From the NCBI GenBank assembly GCA_965223295.1, contig CBDCWC010000002.1:768001-832000 (forward strand): a DNA stretch of 64,000 nt, read 5' to 3'. Source of the DNA: Nitrospirales bacterium (GTDB lineage: Bacteria > Nitrospirota > Nitrospiria > Nitrospirales > UBA8639). A program made the translations under genes and the position numbers. The notes under the pieces were generated by a model. That model had not been told where the DNA came from and made no database searches. It saw only the letters and a program-made list of their open reading frames with translations. Positions 20,716 through 31,920 of the stretch are shown here, one piece after another. Each line of letters starts with the position of its first letter. The stretch's first letter is position 1.

Positions 20716-21010
20716 GCAGGGCAGGGCCCTTTCTTCAGGTCTTGGCGCGTCCCCTCTTCGACTCTCAACAATACTTGTTTTAATACTCGTACAACGAGAG
20801 AAAATTCTATGTATTCTCTTAGCAAGCATTTTGATTTGAAATCTCAATCCCAGTCCAACTTCCCAACTACTCATAAACTGGGGGCAACTTTGGTCTCTGC
20901 ACACCAAACTATCGGTTACTGGAGGTCTTTATCAAAGAAGACCATAGACATATCTAGTCGAAGTTAAACGAGTTCAGCCGGCCACTTACTCTCCCGCGCT
21001 GGAAAATCAG

Positions 21011-22099
21011 CTAGATGCCAGCCGTGGCAGGAGAATGCGACGATGCTGTTCGAATAAGATTGTGGGTAAATCGTAACTTCTCGACGACTGGAGGAAGGAG
21101 AATTTCTGGCATCAAATCAATTAATCCCATTTCACGATTCATTTCGTTTAGTACAAGCCCCAGGCTTTGATAGGATTGAATCATTTTTTTCATCTGAGCT
21201 TTGGTCGGATCGACAGCATTTTTCAGGAAATTATGCCTTGCTGTATCTAAGACACTCACCATGGCAAGATATTTGGCAAACGTTTCGGCAAAATCTTCCC
21301 ATGGGTGCATCGTGGCATACGCACTGATGAAATTAGAATGCCAATTTGGTGGTGGTCCCTCTTTATAGTGTCGTTCCAGAGCGTGCGTATAGGTCGGGTT
21401 TTGATAGTCCCCAAATATCTGAATAAATTGAGCCTCTTGCTGATCTTGTATCAACAGTTCCCAATAATAATGTGCAATCTCATGTCGGAAGTGACCAATA
21501 ATGGTCCGATGGGCTTCTCCAAACGAAACACGTAATTTTTCACGTTCTACATCTTCAGCCTCTCGAAGGTTAATCGTAATTTTTCCGTGAAGATGACCCG
21601 TATGAACCTGCTCATGATCGCCCATTGTCTTCCACTGATTACCAGAGAAATGATTATCGGCCTTGAAGTCAAATGATAGAGGGAGGTGAAAGCCGTCTTC
21701 AGCATTACCGTAAGGGAGTTTTAACAAATCCAAGGTATACAACAGACGCCTCTTCGCGGTTTCTAGGCGATACCAACGTTCTCGGTTTCCTTCTACAGAC
21801 AGATCTGGAATCGTTTCATTGTAACGGCAATAATCACACAGTCTGGTGCCGGATACTTCATTGGGATTAGCCAACAGACACCGATTGCATACGTGTTCAA
21901 CGTGATAATTATGGCATTTAACGAGTGGTGAATGACAATCTCCAAATCCACATTGAAAGGTTCCATCCGCACGGTCGAGCAACCCGTTCAGCCGCTGGCA
22001 TACCGGGCACCAACCAACCTGAGAACCACAAGCCACACACTGCGTATTTTCGAAAAATAAAACATTGCTGCAATGGCAGACAAATCTATTCATATACAT
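21011..22099 (-). CDS. Zinc-ribbon plus putative zinc-binding metallopeptidase
   Basis: Cys-rich N-terminus, GHFRHEIAHYYW (HExxH) and YATMHPWEDFAETFA. Confidence 0.85.
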   Translation of the reverse strand: MYMNRFVCHCSNVLFFENTQCVACGSQVGWCPVCQRLNGLLDRADGTFQCGFGDCHSPLVKCHNYHVEHVCNRCLLANPNEVSGTRLCDYCRYNETIPDLSVEGNRERWYRLETAKRRLLYTLDLLKLPYGNAEDGFHLPLSFDFKADNHFSGNQWKTMGDHEQVHTGHLHGKITINLREAEDVEREKLRVSFGEAHRTIIGHFRHEIAHYYWELLIQDQQEAQFIQIFGDYQNPTYTHALERHYKEGPPPNWHSNFISAYATMHPWEDFAETFAKYLAMVSVLDTARHNFLKNAVDPTKAQMKKMIQSYQSLGLVLNEMNREMGLIDLMPEILLPPVVEKLRFTHNLIRTASSHSPATAGI

Positions 22100-22164
22100 C
22101 TATCCTTTCTTTCAACGAGTGAGTTCTACCGTGCAACTCATAGGTTCCAAGTAGAAAATACACA

Positions 22165-22467
22165 CTACACCCATTGGAAGTGACCGCTCAGTGAAGCGAT
22201 GACGCCCCAAACAATGGCCACAAGACCCAGGAGCTACGGCAAGCCATAGCGCACAACTTGACGAGTCTGGATCATCTTTGTGTTCGGTTCAAATGGATTG
22301 TATAGTTCTTTAATCGAATACAGTTGACTACACACAAATAACAGTAAAAAGCCCGCTCCCCATCGGTTGTAGTTAAGTGGGCCCACCAACCCTACCGTGA
22401 TCGTGAGATACATCGTTCCCACAGAGTTAAATCGAGAGCACCACTCTTTTGCTTCATCTTTGTCCAT
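22165..22467 (-). pseudogene. Small membrane protein paralog B with internal TAG
   Basis: TAG at 22234-22236; the frame continues LLGLVAIVWGVIASLSGHFQWV*. Confidence 0.55.
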
Positions 22468-22542
22468 ATGAGTGCAACGTGTAACTTTTAGAGCATACTA
22501 CCAGGACACATTCAACATACTATGGATAGACAAACGATTTTT

Positions 22543-24045
22543 TTAACGTCTACTGAATACACTCATAAACGGACTCAAGATCAGCACAAGCACCGCTAAA
22601 ATTTCGAGCCGTCCCATCCACATCAGCAGCATCAACGTGGTCTTTGCCATACCTGACAGATCAGTGCTCGTGATACCTACACTCAGACCAACCCCCCAAT
22701 GCCGACGTAGCCTCGAATAAAATTTCATATAAGCTATATCGATCGCCGAGCACAACAAAAAGGATGAGTGTGCCGGTGACCAACGTCACCATGTAGAGGC
22801 ATGCCAACAAGGCAGCGGAGCCCACGCGACGCATCGCGACAGCCTCTTCCACCTCTTCCCCATCGTAGAAATACTGTTCTTCATGCTCGTCTTTGATCCA
22901 AAAGCTTCGGAGCCTCCAAAGCATGGCTTTATATAACCACGTCACTCGGCTCACTTTTAGCCCATCAGTTGTGGAACCGGCCATTCCCCCGATAAACATC
23001 CCGGGCGTGAGAATGAACAGTGCGGGTTGGGACCACATGGCAATCTCCACAGAGCTAAATCCGCAAGTGCCTAGTGCGGAGGTCCATTGAAAGAGCTGAT
23101 CAATGACTGACTCTTGGACATTTCCTACAAATTGCATCGTCAGTAAAACAAGCAGTCCAGAGACAAATAACACAAGAAATGCTCGCAATTGAGATTGTTG
23201 AATCACAAATCGTAGATCACCTCGTAAGAGTAATGCATGATGAATCGGAAAGCTTATGGCTCCAAGCATCATGATGAGGATGGCCGCAGATTTGACGACA
23301 TCGTCATGAGCCCAAAAACTGTGTGAGGTGATGGTGAATCCTCCAGTGGCAATGCCGGTCATCCCATGGTTAACAGATTCCCACCATGGCATACCTGCAA
23401 AATAGAACATTCCGATGGCTAGGAGCGTATACCCAACAAATAGCCCCCAGATTCTTCGAGCTGACTCTTTGATGCTGTCACCTAATTGTGAAGACCGTGT
23501 TTCAGCGGAGTACAGGGCATAGTTATCTTCAGACGGTTCGATTAATGCCAAGGCCAAGACAATGACCCCCACGCCACCTACCCATTCATTCACACTACGC
23601 CACCACTGAAGGCTCATCGGCAACTCACTTGGATCCTTGGTCATGATCAGACCCGTGCTCGTGAATCCAGACATTGATTCAAACAAGGCGTTCAATGGGT
23701 GACTGAAGGCACGGGTGGTCTCACTCAGTTCATTGCCCATATGTGCAGCCATAAAGAACGGAAATGCACTGAAAATGCGATCAAGAGCCAGCCCAGTGCT
23801 ACGACAATCATGGGCTGAGATGAGGGGCTTGGGCCACCTTGAGGACAACAGCGATAGAGGAGTTGTCCGCCACCAAGGCCCAGCAGCACCGAAATCAGAA
23901 ACCCTGGCAGCGTAAACCATTCTTCAGATCCTATGACGATGAAAATGTTGACAAGCGCCATCGCACCAGGGATCGGCAATAATAGACCTAGATCATGGCC
24001 AATCGCCGTCAACGAAAGTGGATCATTATCGTGTTTCATATGCAT
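22543..24045 (-). pseudogene. trkH: TrkH potassium uptake membrane protein, two frameshifts
   Basis: FESMSGFTSTG, IATGGF, SALGTCGFS and MWMGRLEI are spread over three ORFs. Shifts fall at homopolymers 23772-23775 and 22692-22697. Confidence 0.85.
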
Positions 24046-24135
24046 TCATGAGGGTTCAACGAGGAATTCACTGGGAGGGAGAAGTATGCTCCTACAAAGC
24101 TGTTGTATTATGCTTGATACTTCCTAAATCTGTAC

Positions 24136-24171
24136 TGGACATTTCAGAAGATGCGTTCTGTCTTTTGTCCA
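24136..24171 (+). promoter_or_regulatory. Box upstream of hemerythrin 1 and FNT
   Basis: TGGACATTTCAGAAGATGCGTTCTGTCTTTTGTCCA. Confidence 0.75.
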
Positions 24172-24265
24172 TATCTCGTGCAAGCACCTCTATGTTGTAC
24201 TGAGAATTAATCGAGCTTCATTATTTCCTAACTATCTCAATCACAATTACTTCAAGGAGTAACAC

Positions 24266-24694
24266 ATGGACATCTTCCAAACGCTGAAAGTTGATCACCA
24301 GGAAGCTAAAAAGTTATTTGAGGATCTCGAACAGACTTCAGACAAGGACGATAAGACTCGCGACAAGCTTTTTGGGGAACTCAAAGATGCACTCGAAGCC
24401 CATAGCAAGGCGGAAGAACAAGTGTTCTACACACCGCTCAAGCAGCAGGAAGAGACAAAAGGAAAAATCCAACATGCCAACAAAGAGCATGAAAAAGTCG
24501 CGAAGACACTAGAAGACCTGGAAAACATGGATAAGGATGATAAACAATGGCTTAAGGATGTAACCCAATTGAAGGAAGACGTACAGCACCATGTCAAGGA
24601 AGAGGAAAACGAAATTTTTCCCAAAGCCCAGAAGATCTTTTCTGAGCAACAAGCTAAAGAAATGGCGATACAATTTAAAAAAGCTAAGAATTAA
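24266..24694 (+). CDS. Hemerythrin (HHE) domain protein
   Basis: LKVDH, AHSKAEE..FY, EH and HHVKEEE..IF. Confidence 0.9.
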   Translation: MDIFQTLKVDHQEAKKLFEDLEQTSDKDDKTRDKLFGELKDALEAHSKAEEQVFYTPLKQQEETKGKIQHANKEHEKVAKTLEDLENMDKDDKQWLKDVTQLKEDVQHHVKEEENEIFPKAQKIFSEQQAKEMAIQFKKAKN

Positions 24695-25567
24695 ATCGTA
24701 CTAAACACGTAATCTGAAACGCTGTGGTTACAATGTAAAGGTGGCATACTCAGCCTTCAAATAAATGATGTGTGTATAGAACGTGGAAACTTTAAAGAAA
24801 GAAGATGGCTCCTGACGATCTTGACAAGCAGGAGCAAAACACCTTAACCGATCCGTCCAGGCAGGCGCCTACCGAAGGCAAAGCTGTTGAGGACTTTTTC
24901 GGCTCCGACGAGATTTTTCTGCGGGTCCTGGCTACCGCTCACCACGAGCTGCACCAGCCCATCCACACGTTTGCTTGGGGAGCTTTAGCCGCAGGTTTGT
25001 TCATTGGTTTTTCCTTTCTTGCCAGAGTCATGCTTACCACGGGACTGCCTGACGGCAGGGTCTACGAATTGCTCGGTAGCCTGCTCTATCCTGTAGGATT
25101 TATCTTCGTCATCTTAGGTCGTTACCCCCTTTTTACTGAAAATACATTAACGCCCGTGACCCTAGTTCTCACTCGTTTTGCCAGCCTGCCAGATCTTTTT
25201 AGAGTATGGGGCCTAGCGTTAACACTCAATTTGGTCGGCGGCCTTCTGTTCGCGCTATTCCTTGCGACCACAGATGTTTTCTCTCATGAGGCTGCTGAGA
25301 TTGCTAAGAAATTTGGTGAGCATCTCTTCAAAGCAACGTGGACCATCGCTTTTTTTAAAGGGGTGTTAGCAGGTTGGCTTCTCGCAGGCCTAGTGTGGTT
25401 AGTGCATGCTGCCAGAGATACCCTTGCGCGTCTGTTGTTGATCTGGATGGTTATCTACTTCCAAGTCTCGGCCGATCTATTTCATTGCATTGCGGGATCT
25501 GTCGAAGCACTGTATGTCGTGTTTTCTGGTGACGCAAGTCTAGGCAGTTATTTTGTAAGCTTCCCCG

Positions 25568-26344
25568 TCAAGCGGACAGGTCATAACTAGAGTGTTCTGG
25601 TGTTGGTTGATAATAGGCACAGGGCGGTGTTCCCCGTAGCGCGTCATGTGGGCGGTGTTCATTGTAGATGGTCATCCACTCGGACGTGAGTTCCCGCACT
25701 TCCTCTAAACTCCGAAACAGATAGAGATTCAGCACTTCATTCCGATAGGTGCGATTGAATCGTTCAATAAATGCATTCTGTGTGGGACAACCGGGTTGAA
25801 TGTGATAGATCAACACGCGATTGGCTTTTCCCCAATCTTTTAGTGCCTGTGAGAGAAATTCTGGTCCGTTATCAACCCGAATCATGTGAGGTAACTCCCG
25901 CTCAGTCTTCAAGCGGTCCAACACGCGGATAATCCGTTCAGCTCTTAGAGAGGTATCAATCTCAATCGCCAAGACCTCCCGATTGAAGTCATCGAGGATA
26001 TTGAAGGTGCGAAACCGCGTGCCGTGATACAAGGTATCGCTCATGAAGTCGGCTGACCACACCTCATTGGGACCTTCTGGCACAAACACCGGCCAGGAAG
26101 GACGCTTGGGCAGCTGGCGTCTGGTGCGACGAGGCTGATTGTGTCCTAACTGCCGATAGACGCGGTACACCCGTTTGTGATTCCAGACATGTCCGAGGAC
26201 TCGCAATCGCCGGATATATTTCCAGATGCCCCAGCGCGGGTACTGCTCCACTAACTGATTCAGGGCCTCAATAATTTCCTGATCACGGATCTGCCAATCA
26301 ACGGGCGCTTGGTAATACGCCGACCGAGAAAATTTGAGAGCCAC
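25568..26344 (-). CDS. IS3 transposase OrfB (DDE), likely reached by -1 frameshift
   Basis: WSADF, DNGPEF and QNAFIERFNRT motifs. Confidence 0.95.
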   Translation of the reverse strand: MALKFSRSAYYQAPVDWQIRDQEIIEALNQLVEQYPRWGIWKYIRRLRVLGHVWNHKRVYRVYRQLGHNQPRRTRRQLPKRPSWPVFVPEGPNEVWSADFMSDTLYHGTRFRTFNILDDFNREVLAIEIDTSLRAERIIRVLDRLKTERELPHMIRVDNGPEFLSQALKDWGKANRVLIYHIQPGCPTQNAFIERFNRTYRNEVLNLYLFRSLEEVRELTSEWMTIYNEHRPHDALRGTPPCAYYQPTPEHSSYDLSA

Positions 26345-26415
26345 ACACCCTCGTGTGATCGAGACGCCATGTGTCTCTTGTAGGGACTGAATGGCCTCCC
26401 GTTTCTCCGCCGGCG

Positions 26416-26682
26416 TTAGAGCTTTTTTTCGATCAAATCCTTCAGCGCCCGATTCTCTAAGGCCAGATCCGCATACATCCGTTTAAGCTTCGAGAGTTCG
26501 CCTTCTGTTTCTTTGAGGCGTTTCAGATCCGAGGCTTCTAAGCCCCCGTACTTCGCTTTCCAATTGTAATAGGTCGCATCACTGATGCCATGCTCCCGGC
26601 ACAAGTCTTTGATCTTGATGCCGGCGTCACCTTGTTTCAAGATGGCGACGATTTGGGTTTCGCTGAATCGACTCGTTTTCAT
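26416..26682 (-). CDS. IS3 transposase OrfA
   Basis: MKTSRFSETQI HTH; ends in a slippery A7G tract. Confidence 0.95.
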   Translation of the reverse strand: MKTSRFSETQIVAILKQGDAGIKIKDLCREHGISDATYYNWKAKYGGLEASDLKRLKETEGELSKLKRMYADLALENRALKDLIEKKL

Positions 26683-27216
26683 GAGAACCTCCTGGGATCA
26701 TTCTGCCAGAACGCTCTACTTTTGGTCTGTTCGGATTTAGGGGAAGCTTACAATTTCATTCGCTTTTTGGTACCAGTCACGTTGGGCAACACCGTCGGCG
26801 GCGTAGTATTTGTGGCAATTTTGAACTACGCGCGGGTCAGTGCCGACAAAGGGGATCACGGCGAACGACTATCGTGGCGCGAGTGGGTAGTTGGACGAAC
26901 ATAAAATCCTTTCCATAATTTCTCAAATAACTTTCTAAAGTGGAATCGATGAACGAGAGTTATCCTCGAACTAGATCGATACAAAGATGTAATATTTGTT
27001 TAATATTTAGCATATAACAATACCTGAGAAGCATAGGACCTCTATCATGGTAGCTATCCTCGTGACCTTGCGATGATAAGAACACTAAAGAGCATCAAAG
27101 CCCTGTATTTAGCAGTTGCAGGCCAAGGTCATGGCTTATGACCTTACTATAAAAAAGCCAACATTAATACATTCTAGAATTGCCTTTTGTTGATTAAAAA
27201 ACCTTATAAAAAACAC

Positions 27217-27251
27217 TAGACATTTTTAAGCTTATAGTTACGATTTGTCCA
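27217..27251 (+). promoter_or_regulatory. Box upstream of hemerythrin 2
   Basis: TAGACA-N23-TGTCCA. Confidence 0.65.
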
Positions 27252-27342
27252 TAAAGCATAAGCTCATGAATATGCTGGAATATCACTTTGATAAATTGGG
27301 GCGACTGCTCTCTACCGTCATCATTTATTCAAGGAGGAAGAC

Positions 27343-27771
27343 ATGGACATCTACCAAGCGCTGAAAGAAGATCATCAAAAAGCCAAGAAACTTTTCGATA
27401 AACTTGAGCAACCACCACATATGAACGGGGATTCTCGAGATAAGTTATTTAGAAAGCTCAAAACTGCACTTGAAGCTCACAGTGATGCTGAAGAAGCCGT
27501 GTTCTACGCCAAGTTAAGACAACACGGAGAAACAGAAGAAAAAATTGAACATGCAATTAAGGAGCATGACAACGTCGCGAAAATCCTTGAAGAACTTGAG
27601 AGTCAAGATAGAAATAGTAGTAAATGGCTGAACAGATTGATGTATTTACATGATGATGTCCAGCACCATATCTATGAGGAAGAGGGAGCAATCTTCAACA
27701 AAGCGCAAGGCATTTTTTCTAAGCAACAAGCGGAAGAAATGGGACAAGAATTCCAAAAGGCAAAGCCATAA
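27343..27771 (+). CDS. Hemerythrin (HHE) domain protein, paralog of 24266..24694
   Basis: Same length (142 aa), same motifs and a similar 5' leader (TTCAAGGAG..ACATGGACATCT). Confidence 0.9.
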   Translation: MDIYQALKEDHQKAKKLFDKLEQPPHMNGDSRDKLFRKLKTALEAHSDAEEAVFYAKLRQHGETEEKIEHAIKEHDNVAKILEELESQDRNSSKWLNRLMYLHDDVQHHIYEEEGAIFNKAQGIFSKQQAEEMGQEFQKAKP

Positions 27772-28275
27772 CAGACCTTAAAAATTGAGGTAAAAGTTTA
27801 TTGTTGAGTTAAATGTGGCACAAAGGTCTTATTTTTCGTCTAGACCGCCTTTCGTGAGAATGATGGAACTCGACCCTACATGAATGAACAATAACGACGC
27901 TTGTGCGAAGAACATGTGTTATTTAAGGTGTCTCAACGATGTTATTTGATTGCACGCCCAAGCCTACTGGGACGACTTCACACATCGAGGCATTGATGTA
28001 CGTTTCGAAGGCAATCATGCATGCGAATGACCTTGACACTAATCTCTTGCGCCCAGTTGATTTCATGCTGCATCCTGAAGTCCATTCTGATATGACCGAG
28101 CGTGGGTTCGATCAGAACGATTGGCCAGAATTAGGCAATAATTTTTGAACGCTGCCACTTTGATCACCAAAAATCCAGCCCACCGGTTGATATATATACT
28201 CTGATAGACCAACGATAGCGCTACCACAAATGGGGAAGTCAATTGGGTATATGAATGTCCTCTAGCAAATATGAT

Positions 28276-28311
28276 TAGACTTTCTTCATTGAAATATGGA
28301 TTTTTTGTCCA
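28276..28311 (+). promoter_or_regulatory. Box upstream of PRC-barrel and katA
   Basis: TAGACT-N24-TGTCCA; TATGGT 25 nt downstream. Confidence 0.7.
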
Positions 28312-28407
28312 TTGATAGCACCTCCCTTCATTGCGATATGGTAACAAGACGTCCCTTCAATTCTTACTAATTAGCATTAAAAATACACGATTTTTTCAGG
28401 AGGATTT

Positions 28408-29175
28408 ATGCTACGTACTACCAAAGCTGTGATGGGTTATACGATCAGAGCTACCGATAAAGACCTTGGATCCGTCAAAGATTTTTATTTTGATGATCAT
28501 GCGTGGATTATTCGATATCTCATCGCGGACACGGGGAATTGGCTTCCCGGACGACAAGTCCTGATAGGCACAGAAGCCTTGGGCCAACCCGACTGGGCTG
28601 AAGAAGTATTTCCAGTTCGACTGACAGCCGAGCAAATTGAAGAGAGTCCTGATATTGCAGACGATTCTCCAGTTTCCCTTCAGCAGGAGGAAAAACTTCG
28701 TGCCTATTTTTCCTGGCAAGAATATTGGGGAGATAAACCCTTTATTCAACCAGCCGCAGGAGCAACATTTGGCCTGGTTGGCGTCACACACGCACCAGAA
28801 GCCGTACCCGTAGATGTAGAAGCTACTCTTCATGTTCCCTCTGGAGACCCCCATCTTCGTAGTATTAATGAAGTCTGTGGGTATTCGATAGAGGTGCTTG
28901 ATGGCAACATAGGCCAGGTTGAGGATTTTGTCATAGACGATACCAACTGGAAGCTCCATTACATAATCGTAGACACTGGAAACTGGCTTCCAGGAAAGAA
29001 AGTTCTGATTTCTCCTGAGTGGATCAAACAGGTGAGTTGGGCCGACAGAACTGTTGCTCTCGATCTGACACAGGAAGGTGTCAAAAGCAGTCCCGAATTT
29101 GATCCTTCGCTCCCAATCAACCGCGAATATGAAGCTCGACTCTATGATTATTATGGACGGCCAAAGTATTGGTGA
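28408..29175 (+). CDS. Double PRC-barrel protein
   Basis: Two repeats of G.V.DF..DD..W...Y...DTGNWLPG..VLI. Confidence 0.9.
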   Translation: MLRTTKAVMGYTIRATDKDLGSVKDFYFDDHAWIIRYLIADTGNWLPGRQVLIGTEALGQPDWAEEVFPVRLTAEQIEESPDIADDSPVSLQQEEKLRAYFSWQEYWGDKPFIQPAAGATFGLVGVTHAPEAVPVDVEATLHVPSGDPHLRSINEVCGYSIEVLDGNIGQVEDFVIDDTNWKLHYIIVDTGNWLPGKKVLISPEWIKQVSWADRTVALDLTQEGVKSSPEFDPSLPINREYEARLYDYYGRPKYW

Positions 29176-29241
29176 TCGAGCAATTTGAATGGGATTTTGG
29201 ATTTAGGAATTCAATCATAATATTCTCAAGTAGGAGGAAAC

Positions 29242-30723
29242 ATGGATCGATATAAGACCCTGACGACGAAGGCGGGATGCCCTATTTCCAACAATCAACA
29301 TTCCATGACCGCCGGGCCTCGTGGTCCAGTGCTCATGCAAGATGTTCATTTGATCGAGAAGATGGCCCATTTTAATCGCGAGCGAATCCCAGAACGAGTC
29401 GTTCATGCAAAAGGCTACGGGGCTTATGGGACATTTACGGTGACTCAGGACATCACACAATTTTGCAAGGCAAAGATTTTCTCAGAGGTTGGAAAGCAGA
29501 CAGAATGCTTTTTTCGATTTTCTACTGTGGGAGGTGAGTCAGGCTCAGCCGATTCCGTCCGTGACCCTCGGGGGTTTGCGATGAAATTTTATACGGAAGA
29601 GGGTAATTGGGATCTGGTGGGCAACAATACTCCAATCTTTTTTATCCGTGATCCTCTCAAATTTTCTGACTTTATTCACACGCAGAAACGTGAACCTGGG
29701 TCCCATCTAAAACCGAATTGGATGAAATGGGATTACTGGTCGCTCAGTCCTGAGGCCCTTCATCAAGTTCTTTTTCTATTTAGTGATCGAGGAACCCCTA
29801 AATCAGCTCGGTACATGAATGGCTACGGCAGTCATACATATAGTTTAATCAATCAAGAGGGCGAACGATATTGGGTCAAATTTCACGTGAAAACAATGCA
29901 AGGCATACAAAACTTCACGGCTGACGAGGCCACGCGTATCGCAGGGGAAGATCCAGACTATTCCACACGAGATTTACGAGAAGCTATTAGTAACGACGAT
30001 TTTCCCAAATGGAAAATGTCGGTTCAGATTATGCCAGAGGCGGAGGCTGAGACCTATCGATGGCACCCCTTCGATTTAACGAAGGTCTGGCCCCATGGGG
30101 ATTATCCATTACAGGAAGTGGGTATTGTCGAGTTAAATCGTAATCCGGAAAATTACTTTGCCGAAGTCGAACAGGCAGCATTTGAGCCAAATAATAAAGT
30201 ACCAGGCATTAGCTTTTCACCCGATAAAGTTTTGCAAAATCGGGTACTGTCCTATGGCGACGCACATAGGTATCGACTTGGAGTGAATTATGATCAGATA
30301 CCAGTGAACCAAGCCAAACATGCCAAGGCGCGAACGTACCATCGGGATGGATCTATGCGAGTCGATGGCAATCATGGCAACGATGTGAACTATGAACCTA
30401 ATACCTTTGGTGGGCCGATGGAAGACCCTGCCTATGATGAGCCACCATTAAAAATTGAGGGAGATGCCTCTCGCTATAACAGTTATCCATGTGACGATCA
30501 CGATTATTATGAACAGCCACGAATGTTCTATCAAAACACTTTAGATGATCAAGGTCGAAAACATCTCATCCAAAATCTTGCTAAGAGCATGGAAGATGTG
30601 CCGAACAACATCAAATGTCGACAGGTGTATCATTTCTATAAAGTCGACAAAGAATTCGGAGAACGCGTGGCAAAATCAATAAATGTCACAATCGAGGACG
30701 CACTCAAAGTGTGGAATTCCTAG
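29242..30723 (+). CDS. katA: Monofunctional small-subunit heme catalase
   Basis: [23 protein letters not shown] and [14 protein letters not shown]. Confidence 0.95.
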   Translation: MDRYKTLTTKAGCPISNNQHSMTAGPRGPVLMQDVHLIEKMAHFNRERIPERVVHAKGYGAYGTFTVTQDITQFCKAKIFSEVGKQTECFFRFSTVGGESGSADSVRDPRGFAMKFYTEEGNWDLVGNNTPIFFIRDPLKFSDFIHTQKREPGSHLKPNWMKWDYWSLSPEALHQVLFLFSDRGTPKSARYMNGYGSHTYSLINQEGERYWVKFHVKTMQGIQNFTADEATRIAGEDPDYSTRDLREAISNDDFPKWKMSVQIMPEAEAETYRWHPFDLTKVWPHGDYPLQEVGIVELNRNPENYFAEVEQAAFEPNNKVPGISFSPDKVLQNRVLSYGDAHRYRLGVNYDQIPVNQAKHAKARTYHRDGSMRVDGNHGNDVNYEPNTFGGPMEDPAYDEPPLKIEGDASRYNSYPCDDHDYYEQPRMFYQNTLDDQGRKHLIQNLAKSMEDVPNNIKCRQVYHFYKVDKEFGERVAKSINVTIEDALKVWNS

Positions 30724-30805
30724 GCTCGCCTAAATTTGGAGCTTGCCCCCCCACAAGCGTCAATCAAAAACTCGCCAGCTAGGTTCTCGCAGAACAGTTA
30801 TTTCG

Positions 30806-31798
30806 TTAGGGATTGGTCCAACGAGCAGGCGTGCCTCGTACATCCACATGAACGAATGGTCCGCGATGACTCCTTGGACCGTAAATGCCTAACCCACCAA
30901 TAAATGGGCGATACCAAACTTCTTTTGACTTACTCAAGATGATATTGGCCAGGGTTTTCGCATCCGCTAGGGAAACCTTTCCATCACCATTCATGTCGTC
31001 CATCATATTATTGTGATCCTTATCGATAAATATGTCAGCCGCGTCTCCATACAAGTGACGGCTATACCGAGTTGGATTGCCAATAGCTTTGTTATAGAAA
31101 GGAGTCCGAAAGCCACTCATGACGTGAAGAGTTGAAAGCTTGTGTCCTTTCTTCTTCACAGCTTCAAGAATCATTTCCAACTTTAACAGGAGCCGCTCTT
31201 GAAGGGCCACATATTTGGGGTATCCACTCTTTTGTTTAGAGACAAACTGTCCTAACGTGAAATTCGGCGAGATACGCTGGTGACGATTGTGATCTGTGAT
31301 TTCAATGAGCCCGGCAGGTGGCTTGTAAGCTGGATTATTTTTCAACGGTTTCTGCTGATACTGTCCGATGCGATATCCGTTAAGCTTATCGTTGCGAGCC
31401 TGAAACGGTACCATGACAAAGGCTTGTAATATCATGGATGTTCGGCTCTGATTCTCAGTTATCGTTAGTGGAAACATCTCATGGTTCAAAGGTGCCTTCC
31501 AGGTCCATCGTTCTTTTGAGACTGTCTGAAGTGTTCCGCTTGGTGCTGAGATCTTGAAAGTATTGTTGGAATCTGTGAATACGCATTCAATTTCTATTTG
31601 CTCGCCAGGCATGAGATAGATCCCGAGTATTCGATAGGGATTAATCTCATCTTTAACTTTAACAGAAAAATTCACCTTTTCCCGATTCGATAGACCTGCT
31701 TCCTGAGCACCAGCATATGTGCCTGTCATAGAGATGAGTATGCTCGCGATAACGAACAGTCGTATTGTATTCTTAAAGCATGTTTTTACGATGATCAT
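30806..31798 (-). CDS. Peptidase M15A-like secreted protein
   Basis: SGFRTPFYN, SRHLYGDAADI and FVHVDVRG. Confidence 0.85.
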   Translation of the reverse strand: MIIVKTCFKNTIRLFVIASILISMTGTYAGAQEAGLSNREKVNFSVKVKDEINPYRILGIYLMPGEQIEIECVFTDSNNTFKISAPSGTLQTVSKERWTWKAPLNHEMFPLTITENQSRTSMILQAFVMVPFQARNDKLNGYRIGQYQQKPLKNNPAYKPPAGLIEITDHNRHQRISPNFTLGQFVSKQKSGYPKYVALQERLLLKLEMILEAVKKKGHKLSTLHVMSGFRTPFYNKAIGNPTRYSRHLYGDAADIFIDKDHNNMMDDMNGDGKVSLADAKTLANIILSKSKEVWYRPFIGGLGIYGPRSHRGPFVHVDVRGTPARWTNP

Positions 31799-31920
31799 TA
31801 CTCCTTTGCCAAAGCGAAAGGTGAATCTGGCACAGGTCCTTCATTCATCACACCATAAATCCACTGCCCTGTCTTCTGAGGTCGAGTAACTGTATCGGAG
31901 AGGACTGGCTTCAAGGCTTC

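Larger units (their letters stand above)
25554..26752 (-). mobile_element. IS3-family element, copy 1 (1199 bp, IS407-like)
   Basis: Terminal IRs TGTAAGCTTCCCC / GGGGAAGCTTACA, 4-bp target duplication ATTT, orfA and orfB. Confidence 0.95.
24805..26904 (+). pseudogene. Formate/nitrite transporter (FNT) family gene interrupted by an IS3-family element
   Basis: LFTENT, NLVGG and FHCIAGS motifs. Removing the IS plus one ATTT restores GSYFIRFLVPVTLGNTVGG. Confidence 0.9.

Noticed and set aside
24805-26904. FNT gene as evidence of nitrite metabolism
   Set aside because: Substrate cannot be read from the sequence, the context is stress-related, and the gene is disrupted.
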